A stretch of DNA of 63,552 nt, counting the filler, from Choristocarpus tenellus KU-1152 (taxonomy: Eukaryota; Protista; Phaeophyceae): assembly GCA_964200185.2 (NCBI GenBank). It is 10 parts of 10 records of this genome, joined end to end, with 100 filler letters (N's around TTAATTAATTAA, not from the genome) between each part and the next. Parts side by side here need not be neighbours in the genome. Positions count along the whole stretch, not along the records: positions 1 to 10,253 come from CAXNAD020003038.1; positions 10,354 to 14,152 come from CAXNAD020017861.1; 8 more parts are not named here. The stretch is one strand, 5' to 3'. The position numbers and the translations under genes are program-made. The notes under the pieces were generated by a model. It was not told the origin of the DNA. It saw only the letters and a program-made list of their open reading frames with translations, and did no database searches. Of the stretch, positions 1 to 13,976 are shown in pieces (position 1 is the first letter of the stretch; the number at the start of each line of letters is the position of its first letter).

Positions 1-188
1 GCTACGCGAGGGGGGGGGGGCGGGGGGGGGGGGGGGGGGGGGTGGGTGGGGGAGAGGTTGCACTACACACATCTTGAATCATACATTCTGTCACCCAAGG
101 CAAACAAATGTGTTTCGGAAAATATGCAGGGGTCAAACCCACATCCACTTTTCTCAGTCAAATGAGGCCCTAACCCTTTCTTTCTTGC

Positions 189-1793
189 CTTGACTGAGGC
201 TAATGACCCTTTGTTCACGTTGTGCAAGGCCACTCTCTTAACCGCCACGAAGTCACCCGTGTCTGTGTTGAGCGCCTGGAAGACAGTCCCGAAACCACCC
301 CGCCCAATCTCCTGTCCAATTTGCTGCGAACAGGAAATGTTGGGGGGCAGATTGAGCGATACAAGCAAGAGAGTTGCATTAACTTTAGGCATGGTTTGGG
401 GAGAGGGGGGGGTGTAGGTTGGGGAGTGGGCGAGAGGGGCCACCTGGACTGTGATCTGTGCTTAGAGCATCTTAATGCAAGTGTAGGCTTGGTAGTTTAT
501 CCCCAGTACAGTTGTTCAATGGTCCACCAATAACCTCCCAGCGAGGTCGTTCAAATTGTCCAATGTACGGTTTATACATCAAGGGCACTTGCACAAGCTT
601 GAATAATGAAGGCACTACACAGATGGGTGGATAATTGGTGCATGGTCATTGTATTGGGATATGCATTAATGTGTAGGCGGAACAAGCATTGTGCAATTAC
701 TTCTTGTAGGGTAGAGCTACAAAAAGAGAGATATAGCAATCACTTCATGGAATGTATTGCACAAAGAGACAGTGCACTCGTAAGATGTTCTGGAGTTGTC
801 AGGTGTGATGCCTTGTATCACCGCCAAATGTCAAGCATAGATTTCTTAGAGACAGTATGGCGAAGGTCAGCACAGTGTATGTCAACCCTCCTTCAGTAGA
901 AGGGTGGAACGGTTGGCGCATACACACACAAAAAAAGCTTTTGCGCAAGTGAACGGGTTGTATTGCACTTCCAAGTAGGAGAGTATGGAGGTAACGCTTT
1001 AACAGATGGCCTTGCGTGGAGAAGCAAACCATGCTATGGACTTGAATAACATTAATCCTCCTCAGGAGGTCACTACCTCACAAAAGTGGAGTATAAACTG
1101 AGCCAACTTGCATTTCACTCGTCAAGACATTCCAAGCCTCTCGCCAACCAAAATTTGCAAGGATCCATACATCTTACGAGGGTCATTTCTGGCGGAACGT
1201 GCTAGCATTAATTCATTGTCATCCTAGGAAATGTTGCAAGTAGCAAAACCAAAGCTCGGCATGGCACTGGGGAGGGATGTAAGTTCCTAGGGTGGGGATT
1301 CCCAATGCACCATTCCACGTGTCTCCCTACTTGACAGCAAGATGAACTTCTCTTGCATACAGTCGTCTCCAGAGTCAGGAGCTGTACTTACGTATGAGGT
1401 ATGTCCACTGGTTATTCTAGTTGTCGGTTCCAAGTGCCCTCTGGATCGTCTCCTGTCCGACCTCGCCACTTCCTTCTCGCTTCGTCGACCTGGCACCCCC
1501 GCAGATGCCCTCCTCAGACTCTTGGGTCTTACACTCCCCTCTGCCCCTCCAGCTCTCGTACCTGAACGCATAGGAGAAGAGGACGCGTTTCCTGGACTTG
1601 GTCCACCAGGTCCCCTGAAGCCGGTCTTCGAGGGTGGTCGGAACCCAATGACCTCTTTATTGGGTTGATTAGAGCCTGAGTTCGAGCTACTAGCACCAGT
1701 GAAGCTAGACAGCCCTCCCACCTGCTCAGCCTTAGCCTCGCTTCCAGAAGGTCGACTCTCATTCCCCCCGCGGTTCCTCCACGGCATGTGCAT
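189..1793 (-). CDS. Ser/Thr protein kinase, MAP3K-epsilon/Cdc15/STE11-like; 5' part only (exons 1793-1392 and 323-189)
   Basis: Exon 1 (MHMPWRNRGG...SGHTSY) ends at a GTAAGT donor and splices in phase 0 to the ttcgcag acceptor. This gives Y-QIGQEIGRGGFGTVFQALNTDTGDFVAVKRV (Gly-rich loop plus VAVK). The gene continues beyond the window start. Confidence 0.8.
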
Positions 1794-2757
1794 CTCTCGA
1801 TAGGATTCACCAGTGTGAGACAGCTGGACAGAAGGGACTTGGAAATCGGCCACCGGCACCACGCCGCGTCCCCAATCTTTGTGACACCTCAACAACGCTT
1901 TTCACAAACAAAGCAATATGTTTGCAATGTTAGTGCCCACAGAAGCTCGGTCCGATGGCATCACGCCTGTGTTTTCCCTCCTTTGCGTCTACCTGTGGTT
2001 GCTTATCTAGGTGCACTTTTCCAAACAGGACTAGAGATCTCGCGAGAGTTAACGCGCGGTCAGCAACAACAAATTCCACGCCTAACGAACCCCTTTCGTG
2101 AAGAACTTTACGCAATAATAAACATACATATCCTAAATCATATCATATGCTTGACATTTCCCACATACTTCTTCCGTAGTGAAGTTAATATATTCTTACT
2201 AGAAATGGTTGTATATCAAACAATATATCACTTGTGTCCTCCTTTTTGGGTGCATTTATTTATGTATGTTGTGGAGGGAACAAGAAACATCACTTATTCC
2301 CTGCTTTTCTTTTATACGTTATCATGGAGGAAACAAGAAATATATATTTACTTCATATTTATAAAAGTCCATTATTTGATGAATCATGAGTTAATAATAC
2401 ACAGTATTTGTCCCCTCACATTTTGTAAATCAGTCCTGGAAAAAACAAAACCTGGAAAAAACAAAACCAAGACTATAATACAAGGGCTACTGTAATACAT
2501 CTACCACTACTAATGTGTGATAGCCGTCTATGCTAAGACACCTCCCAAAAATACGTGTACTATTTCAAATTTAACAATACAACAATCTCCCCTTAAAGGT
2601 TCATTACAAAGTAATGTATCTCTACACACTGCCATGCTTCTGACCTAGCTGAGCCCTAAGAAGAAGGTGGGTGAGAAGCTGGAGAAGCATATCAATAATA
2701 TGTCAGATCCCTTCTTGCACACTTGAGCTCTTGTGTCTCTGACGCGTCTCAAGGGAA

Positions 2758-2939
2758 GACCCAAAGTATCTGTGGGGGGGGGGGGGTCTGCACCACCAGG
2801 GTGTCCATTTGGCCCATAACCAGGAAAGGTGCACTTACATTATCCATCCGACGTATACAACCGAATCACCTAAAAATCACAAGAAGAAAAAATTGACCCC
2901 AAATGAACAGTCACCACCCCTTCCCATATATTTTTAGTC
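2758..2939. mobile_element. MITE family A copy (~175-180 bp, poly-G-containing TIRs)
   Basis: Starts GACCCAAAGTATCT-polyG, has GTCCATTTGG...CCAAATGAAC boxes and a degenerate right end; aligns with copies at 7902, 33838, 62311 and 63475. Confidence 0.8.
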
Positions 2940-4446
2940 AGAAACACTTGTGCAGTACCGGACAATGTCTGTCTCAAACGTGACTTGACGGCCGCTATCC
3001 TGCAATTACCCCCCATCCCCTCTACCGCCTACAGCATGGATGAATTCATCCAAGAAACCTCATGTCTGCCTACCAAAGTGCTCAATACTTCCCACGGCAA
3101 GAGCGTTAAGATTCTTTCTGCAAGGATCACAAGATCCCTCCAAGTGGGTGCCCTTTCATGCCTTGGCTACTACAGCAGCTACACCATTGGTAATTCTCAT
3201 AATATGGCAAGCGACAGACTGCTTGGACCTTGCAAGAAAAAATCTAGACGGAGATCTTTGTCCCAGCAGGGAGCCTAGCCAGCCTCCAAAAGCGCTCCGG
3301 TATGAGGACGTTCCCGCCCACTGCAAGTCGGTTGCCATCCTTTATAGTGCAAGGGACACCTATTCCCCTGCAGAGTTGGCGTAGGTCTTACGCCATAGGC
3401 ATATGCTCACGTACTTGCTCTCCCTCTCTAGGGCAGGTGCACCCGGTCAGTGGGAATCTATTGGATAGGACCTCTTCCTTCCCCAGAAATCTGCTGGTGA
3501 CGACTCTAAACTCTTCAGGAGGAATCCGGCACATTGGTTCTAAGGGTTGTGTGGAGCCCCCCGTGCATTGAGCCCTTGCTGGAGGGCTAGTGCTAGCAAA
3601 GAAACTTCCCTCACTTGTGTTCATCTGCATCACCCGGAAAGCTGTCCAGTAATGTCCGAAATAAGGAAAGTTATATCCTCTTCAAAAGGTGAGTGATTTC
3701 GTACTGTGCCCTCCTCGTCATCTTGACATCATGAGCTCCCACAGTGTGAACCTCGGGGGTTGTTGTTCCTATCCAATCGACCCAGCCTTGACCAATAGCT
3801 CTCGACAAGTCCTCTAATAAACTCCAGATGAGAGAAAGATATGGATTTACATCCTAGGGCATGGATTGTGTGGCTCGCACAAATTACCTGGTAAAACCCT
3901 CTCCCAGGGGTCCTTGTTGCCTGGCTAGGCCAGAAGGAAGAAGAAACAAGATATAACGTATAGTTAGTGGGGAGTGGGTACACGTTCCACGTCTAAGTGG
4001 GTTAGATAGCTTGCTACAGGTTTTTTTTATTAATCGGACAGACTATAGACGTGCGTAACCCTACATCCTATCTAGTATTAACATTATAATATATGTATCT
4101 CTTAATATTGGTATGATGAGGTACTAGAACTTTATATAATTCTGTGGTGTAGAACAAATTGTTGCTTCCTATTCCATTGGTTACACTCTCTACATTTTAT
4201 ATAGGTTTGTTTTACTCTTTGACTTTATCCCTCCACCTCACACATCTATAAAATATCACTGGACCAATCAACGTATGTATGGTATGTACTATTTTATATA
4301 TATATGTACTATTTTATACCAGTGACATTTTGCACTAGGTTGGTTCTAAGGAGAGAAATAAGGCAGAGAACGCAATTAACAACACACAACAAGAAGAACG
4401 GACTCTGTGTAATGATTTCAGTAAGAAAAGCAGTTCCTGGATGCGC

Positions 4447-4578
4447 TGGGAACTCGCTTCCATGGTGAGTGGTAGGGGGACTAAATGAGGGTTTCAGGGA
4501 GAAGGGAACGGTGGGAACTCGCTTCCATGGTGAGTGGTAGGGGGACTAAATGAGGGTTTCAGGGAGAAGGGAACGGTG
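4447..4578. repeat. Perfect 65-bp tandem duplication
   Basis: tgggaactcgcttcc...gggaacgg occurs at 4447-4511 and 4512-4576. Confidence 0.95.
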
Positions 4579-5033
4579 TGTGTACACCAACTGCAACAAA
4601 ATGTGTTCGTAACGACACAATTATTCATTCCAAAGAGTGCATTAGTCCTTTTCAACCAACGGACCAATAGCAATTTCTCTTTATTGCGGTATAGGCATAG
4701 AATAACAGTCCGGGTGGGTGTACAATCTTTGGCGCTTGCCACATGGGATTGGAAAATCGAAACCATATTTCTAATAAAGGAAGCCTGAAATCGATAGAGT
4801 TCAAACCCACATATTAATGGAGGGGGTAGCCTCCTTACCACTGAACCACAACCGTACTAATCAACCAACAGGATAGTACAGGTGTACCAAAAATGTGCAA
4901 ATGTATCGAATGGGTATAGGTCCACCAAATGAGCACTGGTCTACCAAACAGATACAAGTGTAACAAGTAAGTGAGGTGTACCGAATGGGTACAGGTGTAC
5001 CATTCGTATTTCTTGTACATAGGTATTGTAGAA

Positions 5034-5255
5034 TCGAAACTAGACATACATAATACATAGTACATAATACATAATACATACATACATACATACATACATA
5101 CATACATACATACATACATACATAATACGTGCATGCAGGNNNNNNNNNNATCGAAACTAGACATACATAATACATAGTACATAATACATATACATACATA
5201 CATACATACATACATACATACATACATACATACATACATAATACGTGCATGCAGG
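5034..5255. repeat. (TACA)n microsatellite block duplicated across a 10-N gap
   Basis: atcgaaactagacatacata...cgtgcatgcagg appears on both sides of the N10 gap at 5140-5149; likely an unmerged assembly overlap. Confidence 0.85.
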
Positions 5256-7901
5256 TAATAAATTGTATGGTTATATCTGAAGAACAAGCAGAAAACATCA
5301 TATATGATAGAAGAAAACAAATTTTCTTCTTGACTGCATTGTGAAGGAGGTCAAGCTCCGTCTTGCTCACCAACCCATCTCGTGGCTCGATGGGAAGGCG
5401 CCTGCTTCCTGTATGAACATTGTAAGTTCCAACTCCAATTGACCCCAGACTTCTCTTTATGGAAATCTGGTTTTGATTGTCCAGTACCACGTGGCAAGCA
5501 CAGTGGATTGTACAAGTGGACTTATCCTATCTGTGACTACACTGCAAAAAAAAAGATCAAGGTGCCAACATGGAGGCAAGTCCAGCATGAGCTTCTAGGG
5601 AGGAGGTGGAGTGACGAGCGGTGATGGTGCAGTGCTCAAACTGAAATAAGTGAGGCACAAACGGAGGCATTACAAATAGTCAAAGAGTAAGAGTCAATGT
5701 TAGTATTACGAAAAGTAGTAGTGGAGCGTGCGGTGGGTCTGACCACGGGTTGGCATAGTCGTCAGACTGAAGACAAAATAATAAATAACGTCATAGAATT
5801 ATATATAATATTAAAATTATATATGTATGATGATATAATTGAAAAAAACTGAGTATAGCAATGTTCGTTGTATTTTCGTACACGACAACATTAGACCAAA
5901 CTTAGGGTGAAAAAACGTCGTTCCAAAGTGACACCAAGGCGGGTACAGGACAAGATTCAAGGGGACAGACGAGAGCAACAAATTAGTGGAATGGTTGCGG
6001 ACAACTTGCGCGAGAAAATCACAGAAGGAACGAAGACCTCGATTGATTTATTGACTATATCACATTTTATCGATGCATGGTGCAGCAATTAGAGTATGGC
6101 AGATGTTGATATGGAGAAGCACCAATATGAAAAATTCAATTACCTGACTAATGGGCAGGAGGTCAACGCATTAAAAGGAATACTCCAAGTAGTATAAAAT
6201 ATATGACAAAAAAGTAGACAAAAAAAATACAACAATATTTATCCAAAAAGAAGAAACAACCAGTAAGTGTATAAATGCGCGAACAAATACGTAAAAGGAA
6301 GAAATGCAGAGATGTTTACTGGTAAATTCTCCACCCCATCACAAAAAAAAAGTTCATCTCCAATATCAAGAACCATAACAAGTCGAAAGAGGGTCATGTG
6401 AATATATGCGCACTCTCAGTTAGTTGCACGTCAGAAAAACATCAGATCAAGTCCTGTACATTTGCTAGGAACACACATATAGATACCACCACTAAGGAGT
6501 GCGTCCCAAGTCAGACCACAGACCCAACCCCAGGCTCCACAGGTAGTTGTCATCACATGTGTTTGGTAATTACGGCTGCTATGGTTTGGCGATCTGTGAC
6601 TACGTCGATCTCCCCAGCATATCAGAAGTCGACGAAATGTTTGACACCATCCTCCCCAGTCTATTTAATCTATTTGACTCCTCTTAATGTAAACCCACTT
6701 TTCAGCTGAGATATCTTTAAACACTCAAGGCCGTCTTGGAGATGACCTGTCACCAATATTTTTTCGTTTTCCCATCTTCCCCGTCGGTTTCTTAGCTTCA
6801 AGTTAACATCAAGTTCTTGGTCAATCGAGTATATAATCACCTCAATGCTCTCATGCCTACTTCTCGCTAGTGCTTCCCTATGTAAAAAAGGATTACCCAA
6901 ACGCTGCCGTTTATGGTACCAGAAGCAGTGCTGGATTAATCTGTGTAGGGCTAGATAGAGAGGTAGCTGGGTTTTGTAGTCCTGTCCTTAGTGTCTACAT
7001 CATGGAACCATAATTTTTTTTGTTCAAGGTATCCCACACAACTATAAAATTATGGCGATGGAGAACAAGATGACCCAAGTAATGGGTCAAATCCTCACAC
7101 TCCAAGTTGTTAATGACTGCGACTACTCATAAATAGTGCCTTATTTTCCACACAAAATCATAACCCAAAATCATACGGAATTTCAAGCTACAAGGACTTG
7201 TTCCAAAACCTATCGAGCAGTGGAGTCAACCTCGACTTCAGTTGGCAGGACTGAAATTCCAGGAAGAAGGGACATATACCTTGAAGTGAGAGTAGTATTA
7301 GTAGTATTGCATCTGATTGAAGGTATCACTCTGGGCAGCACATCTTGAAAAAGGACGGAAGAAGCCTTTGACTGCCTCGTACGTGTAAATTCCAGATTGA
7401 CACACCCCTGCCTGGTAGGAACTGTAAGAGGTCCTTGCAGGCCATGAAGTACTTTACTTGGGAGGTTTTCAAAATGAACGAAGAGCAGAGAACACTGTCG
7501 ACTCTGTGCACACATGTTGTTGAATAGCTTAGTGCAAGAAAGGCTTGTCGCCCAAAGCCGCTGGTTGAGTTACACGGTGAACATACACTGAATTATTAAT
7601 TGGCCACCAGTTGTCCAATATCACAACATATGAATAAACACTGACTCATCATACCGTTTTACACACATTACTATTTTGAATTGTACCAAACCAAAAATAA
7701 ATGTATTATTATGCCCTCTGACATTTTGAAATATGTCAGGGGGGAAACCAAAGATAATCGCAATGAAACTATGTTATATACTTGTATCAGCACATACAAC
7801 GTAAGGATAACAGTAGGTTATTTGACATGTGTGGTCACTCTGTACGAACCTCAGGATGCAATAGTCACAAGAAACGTAGCCTCTCTTTCCTACCCAGTCG
7901 G

Positions 7902-8082
7902 GACTCAAAGTATCTGGGGGGGGTGGCGGCTGTCCATTTGGGGCCAATTTTTTTATGCCGTGATTTTTGGGTGATTTGGTTGCATATGTGGGATGAATAA
8001 TGTAAGTGCACTTTTCCTGGTTATGGGCCAAATGGACACCCTGGTGTAGAACCTCCCCCCCCCAACCCAGATACTTTGGGTC
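7902..8082. mobile_element. MITE family A, full-length copy
   Basis: TIRs GACTCAAAGTATCTGGG / CCCAGATACTTTGGGTC with internal GTCCATTTGG and CCAAATGGAC boxes. Confidence 0.9.
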
Positions 8083-8560
8083 TGGGGTTTAGCGTTATCT
8101 GAACGTCAAGTCAACAAAAACTCAAGCTTATTGTAATATATATTAGCATGTTACTCTCCTTCACCCTATCCGGGTTTCTCTCCACGAGTCCATTGAGTGG
8201 ATAGCAGGTACAAAGTGTCCAAGGTAGGAACTGTCAAGGCAGGGGACTGATTGGGGGAGACAATAGATAGAACTCACCATGTGGATGATCCTGGCCCATG
8301 TAACTATTGTACCGAAATGCTGGCACAAGGTCACAAGCTGAACCCTCAAGCTCGGCTTTTTCTAGGCGAGTAGAACATGTTGAGTGCTGCACTAACTTAG
8401 CCTTTAGAATGGAACTGGCCTCACAAATGGCAACATAAGTTATATATAGCATGGGCATTCTTCTTCTTCCCCAGACTCGCCCATCTTTCGAATATAGTGT
8501 GGAGGACATAAACGATTCAATTACGAATTCCCACACAGTACAATGTATATTCAGTAGTAT

Positions 8561-8816
8561 GACCCAAAGCGTTCCAAAGGGTAGGAGTTTTGCCCTGATT
8601 GTCCGTTCGGGGCTTGGCTTCCCACGGGTTTCTATGCCCTTCTTCGGTTTTCTGTGTGAACACAGTTACCAAATATGTTTACAACTCTTAGAGGTGTGCC
8701 CGGAGCAAGGATATTGACACTTGGAAACAAACAAGATATTAAAATTCTTCAAAATCACAACCTTGGATTTATGGTCCCGAACGGACGCGACCCTACCCTC
8801 TTAAATGATTAAACTC
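8561..8816 (-). mobile_element. MITE family B, diverged inverted copy
   Basis: gggtaggagttttgccctgattgtccgttcggggcttggcttcccacg ... ggacgcgaccctaccctc matches the reverse complement of family B. Confidence 0.7.
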
Positions 8817-9571
8817 TAATTTTTTGTCTGTCGTGTTGCCTGAGAGGGTGAGGGTTCTGTTTCGGAAGAGGTTAGATTTTCGTTAGTTTGCCCAGTTATG
8901 GTGAAGGGGGAGGCATATTGTGCCACATAGCACCTTGTTGGAGCGAAACTCCCTCACCCCTCCCCTCTACTGTACCTCTTCCAATATGTCATCAAGAAAC
9001 TTGTAGAAAAAACTGAGGATTATGTTCCTATTACTGATGCCTTGGTGCTGACTCATCAGTTTGAGGGGGAGGGATGTGAAGGAGGTTAGTAGACTGCAGT
9101 GTCGCTTAGGGCCACTCAATCAGTTCAGTGGCATGGGATATGAGAGCACGAGAATGAGTCAGCAGGTTCAACCCCAACAAACTAAATTAAAATGGCCAAG
9201 AAGATCAAGGCAATACCAAAGCTTGGTATAATCGATAATCTTTCTCTGAACTCGAGGCATTTCTTTTGAGCACTGACTACTGCTTGGATTAGTTGGAAGT
9301 ACTATTAGTATACCTTCCGTGGTTGCCACACTATGAAAACCCAGATTAGAGTCTATATAGATACTGAGGGAGTAGGCATTATAATGTTCGTCGTCAGAGC
9401 TATTTGGGGACTTGGTTTCTAACGTTTGTCTTATGTTAGGAGTGCAGTTTCTACAATAATATGTATCTAATCATTTTGTACAGTAGTAAAAGATGATACG
9501 GAATAGGACTATTACTGTGTACTTCCTTGGCGCAAGTGCCTGCCAATGAAGTACAGAGGGCGCGTACGATT

Positions 9572-9789
9572 GAGCCAAAGCATCTTGGAGGTCCATTTGG
9601 AGACCAAAATCCAATGTTGCGATTTTGATGTAATTTTGGCTATTATCGTGTTTGTTAGAGAGTGTCAATATACCTGTTCCGGACACACCTTTTCGTAATG
9701 TACATATTTTACCTACTCTGAACCCACGGGAAGCCAATCCCAAATGGACAAACAGGGCAAAACTCGTAGCCTCTAAGATACTTTCACTC
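9572..9789 (+). mobile_element. MITE family B copy with internal deletions
   Basis: GAGCCAAAGCATCTT ... CTCTAAGATACTTTCACTC; flanked by att/att. Confidence 0.85.
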
Positions 9790-10253
9790 ATTGCCAACCT
9801 ATCCAGCAAATCCCAGATTTCCACCAACTAAGAGGCCGAATGGGACGATACACACTATGAAGTCTTTCTCTGATAGTCCAAGGTATACTCAAACAGGAAA
9901 CTGTCGACGTAAATTTCTTGCATATAGGTTCGTCAACTTTAGTGCCAACATAACTTAGGGAAGATAAACCTCACCACTCATTATTTTCCTTCCACTTTCT
10001 CGTGGAAGGTATTAAGTCACTGTTAATTGACTATTTTCTCGTATTTTACCACTAGCAACGTAAACCAGAGGCACCTAGGTTTTGGTTTTACATTTTAAAT
10101 GTTTTTTTTTCATTCTTCAAAAGTTCTTCCTTGCTACTTACCCTTTAGATAGTTCCCTCTTTTTATAATAATAGTATTGTGAAAGCGTCAAAAGGTGCCA
10201 AGTTCTTTTTTTCTCAAGGGGGCAATCACAATCACCGGACTGAACTCTTTCAC

Positions 10254-10353
10254 NNNNNNNNNNNNNNNNNNNNNNNNNNNNNNNNNNNNNNNNNNNNTTA
10301 ATTAATTAANNNNNNNNNNNNNNNNNNNNNNNNNNNNNNNNNNNNNNNNNNNN
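10254..10353. other. Artificial contig linker N44-TTAATTAATTAA-N44 (also at 14153-14252, 25689-25788, 28404-28503, 34060-34159, 40744-40843, 45174-45273, 49499-49598, 52679-52778)
   Basis: Nine identical 100-nt spacers whose core has stop codons in all six frames; genes are truncated at these junctions. Confidence 0.97.
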
Positions 10354-10628
10354 CCCCCCATTCCTACCGCAAGGCTTGAGTCCAAAGTAGGGATGGGATC
10401 TTCCTGCCAATCAGCTCTGTTCAAACGCACGACAACCACAAGAGCACTACCTCAAACAGTTGACCGAGCATCCACTCTAGGCTCAATCTACCCCGCCATG
10501 CTTTCAACACCTGGACTTTCCAGGAGGCACTGCTTTGGGGTGCCGGCATGACAAAACATTCCACCAGCTATCTCACCTTTTCAAGGAAGGTTGCACACCT
10601 AGGATGCGGGTAAGTAGATGAAAACTTC

Positions 10629-10690
10629 ATAGTTACGCGATGGCAGTTATGTGATGGCAGTTACACGATGGCAGTTACACGATGACAGTT
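10629..10690. repeat. 14-bp tandem repeat (atggcagttacacg, ~4 copies)
   Basis: Directly visible tandem units. Confidence 0.8.
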
Positions 10691-12782
10691 TCATTCGCAG
10701 CGGTGAGCGAGATCGGATGGATGGCAACTGTGAGACTAATTGATCTTGAGGGTAGCCCGTGCCCTAAGAGGGCCACCCCTTGCATGTTTACAAAATTTCT
10801 ACTCCGAATGAGAACTTCGATCAGCCCTGACACTAACTCCTGCCCTAACCCTGAGTGAAAAAAACACACTCAGGTCATCACTAGTACAACACAGCACATA
10901 TTGCACCGGCTCCAGTAAAGCGGAAGCGGGACAAGGAGGAGCAGGTCCAGCAGAATCATCATCGAGGAAGTGTGCGGACGCTTAAGACAAGCAGGGTCGA
11001 CCCAGAGACTCTCCTGTTATGAGAAAAAAAAATTTGTCAGTCTGTCGCACTACTGCGACATCACCAAGACAGCACGTCTCTCCCAAGAATTGCATTGCAC
11101 CAAACATGAAGAGCTCAATATTGGTGGAAAGCCTGACAACCAGGGCTGTGCAAAGGAGGCAGCGTGCTGCGTGCTTTGAGCTGAGAAATGAAGGTGCTAG
11201 CGGCCGCAACGACTAGGTATAGGATCTCCACGCAAAGATACTTACTTCCAATTCTCGCAGTTGAATTTGCATGGTGCTAATGCTGCAACTGCAGTGGGAA
11301 TACAGTCCAATGAATTCGTGTGGAGCGCACTGGGTAATCGTAGTAATTCGGTATATACTCCAGGTATATGCCTTGTGGAGAAGAAACAAAAATGGGGGGA
11401 AAGGGTGGCTGCCAAAAGGAAGGGATGGTGCGAGCTCTGTATATTTGATGGAACTATCAGATTAAGGCTGAAGCACAAAGCATACCTATTTTTTTCCTTC
11501 GGTTCAGTCGGACTACCGTATGCACTGAGGGGTCAATCCCCTCGTGCCTCTGATACTGACCAACTCTAAATACTTTGAGCTACACTCCCGTGAGCTCTGT
11601 TCAGAGTGCATTCTTCTTCGGCGAAGGAAATGTTCTTGTGTATCATTGTGAAAGAGAAATGCGATACATTGCTTGAAGTTCCAGCATTTGCCACACCCCA
11701 ATCACTGGCTTCTTCGATAGAATATGGAACACCAGGACTCGAAGCACCGCCTACCATATGATAAATAAGGCTGCATTGGTGCGACTCTTTCGCATCTCTC
11801 CATGGGATACCTTCCTCTCGATAGTCATACTGGCAGCACTACATTATATGCAAATTCATCCTCTTAAAGCTGTACATTTTCCGTTCTCTTAGAGTTGGAG
11901 GTAGGGCACACGAGAGACTGAAGACATAACCAAAGACAACCTCGACACGATGTTTTGGCACTCGTCTTAGAGGATAATACAATGTCTGGATCTAGTAGCT
12001 TTTCCATAGAATGTATCAAAAGAAGTATTCTCTCCTGATGGAGCTGCATTTGTTACAGGCCTGCACATACTAGCCAGAATAGATCGGATGATTCTCCATC
12101 AATTCAAACGCGAACAGTCTTCTATCATGACTCCTCGAACCTACTATCCTCTGCACACCCATTCTCCTCCATGTCCCACTGCCCAAATCTCACCAGAACT
12201 TCGGCGTCATCCCCGAGGGCCAGTGTTACAACGTAGTGCAATCCCCTCTGCTGTAGAGGCATCACGACCAGAGCCCCTCCAAGCCTAGCCTTAGGTTCGT
12301 ACAAAGACGAAAATAGTAGTTGCCATGTCCAGATCAACGCAAGAAGGGAGCGATTACATCCCCACCTCAAGCATCTCCGTCCTGTAGCACCATTGGCACG
12401 ATCTCCAACATCGATAGAGATGTCTCGATTTTTCGACCTCTTGGAAGTCTTCATTGATCTGGGCGCTGATACCAGTCACTCCTTCTGCAATTCCTCTACG
12501 TCCACTCTCGTAACACAAGGTTCCAATCAAATTTGAACTCAAAAGTGAAAACCTCTCACTCCATCTCAATAAAATAATGAGAAATATTATTGATAGAAGT
12601 TTGGTTCATGGGGTAAGTACTATTAAGACATCATTGTGTGAAGGATATAAAATATATACAGTGCAGTAGTTCCATCGCAACAAGGAGAGGGTACATCTAA
12701 CCTAGACGACAAGAAGCGAGTACTGCAACACATGTAGTATCGCCCTGTTCTTTTCCTTTATCCCAACCGTTTCCGAAGTGTT

Positions 12783-13976
12783 ATGGCCTCAACATCTTCA
12801 CTACTCAGTCGTTCCCTCACTCATCTTGGCAAGAAGGGACTCAAGGTGGGGCTTCAACCTTTCAGGAGACGCTGGAAAATGGAGACTGGGTTATGGAGGA
12901 CGCCCCTCCAACGGAGCTTGAATTCCTCGGGGCAGCGGGTGAGACAATGTAGTATTCTTTTTCCCTTCCACCATCCGGGTTTATCGAGACTAACTAGACC
13001 AACCAACCTTGGATTCTTCACCATCAATACAATATTTTGTACCATCGATACAGACGTTCCCTTGCCAGCTGTAGATGTCCCTCAAGTACACACTCTTGTA
13101 TTAAAAAAATAGATGATAGGGCATTTAATTGTATAGAGCATCCTATATCCAATTAACCTGTGGCAATTAGCTACAGCAAGTCGGGCGGTTGAAGGAATAG
13201 ACCTGCGACTGATTGTAACCAGTTCCACTCCGTTCTTTCTACCTCTAAAAGCATCCACACTTCGAATCGTCACATTAACATTGTCCTGGTGATGGTGCCG
13301 CAATCCCATCCTCCCTTGGAAGGTCGTAGATTCAGAGCGACTGGGGTCTTCTGGAGGCGTGTTGAGGCTGACCCTCAACCGACCTGAGTCTCTCAACGCA
13401 CTAACAAGAGGAATGATGCATGATCTTTTGGCAGCCGTCCAATCCTCTACACAACCTCCTGCGATCCCAAAAGAAAAAGAAGATGAGGCCAGGCCTCCAC
13501 GACTTGTCATCCTAAGGGGGGCGGGGGGAAGGGCTTTCTGTGCAGGGGGAGACGTGAAGGCCATCGCAGCAGAGTGCGTCAATGCGAGGATTGGGGTTGG
13601 GTTTGCAACAGTTGGGTTCAGAGAGAAATAAGACGAGGAGGAAACAAATTCAAGAATTTACCACTTTAAGTATGGGTTAGACTGCCGGTGAAGGGGGGGG
13701 AAGATCGTGTTGATAGCGATAGGTTTGGTTTGAATGGACTGTCTTCCATTCAGCCGTCCATCCAGCCGTCCATCCACTAGTTCGTCCGTCCATCCAACCA
13801 CCGATTCGTCAATCCTCCTTTACCACCGTGTTAACGATATTATTTAATGTATATGCAGGAGGGAGTTGACAGAGCCTGGGAGGCCAGGTTCAATGAGATC
13901 CGACTTTTTCCGGGAAGAGTATCACCTCGACTACGCCTTGGCATGTGTGTCAAACCCTGACAACGGAAGAGATCAG
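12783..13976 (+). CDS. HIBCH: 3-hydroxyisobutyryl-CoA hydrolase-like (crotonase superfamily), 5' part; exons 12783-12845, 13323-13573, 13859-13976
   Basis: Ser/Arg/Lys-rich presequence MASTSSLLSRSLTHLGKKGLK; motifs LTLNRPESLNAL, VILRGAGGRAFCAGGDVK and DFFREEYHLDYALA; GT-AG phases consistent (0, 2). Truncated by the contig end. Confidence 0.85.

Noticed and set aside
1788-2495. 235-aa plus-strand ORF
   Set aside because: No recognisable motif, non-ATG start, runs through AT-rich upstream sequence of the kinase gene; likely spurious.
3040-3384. FHALATTAAT as a tyrosine-recombinase H-x-x-R box
   Set aside because: The catalytic Arg is absent and no other recombinase motifs are found.
4835-5490. 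ORFs with CMYV/YIHT repeats (also 44841-45225)
   Set aside because: Translations of (TACA)n microsatellites; the 5034-5255 duplication is probably an assembly overlap.
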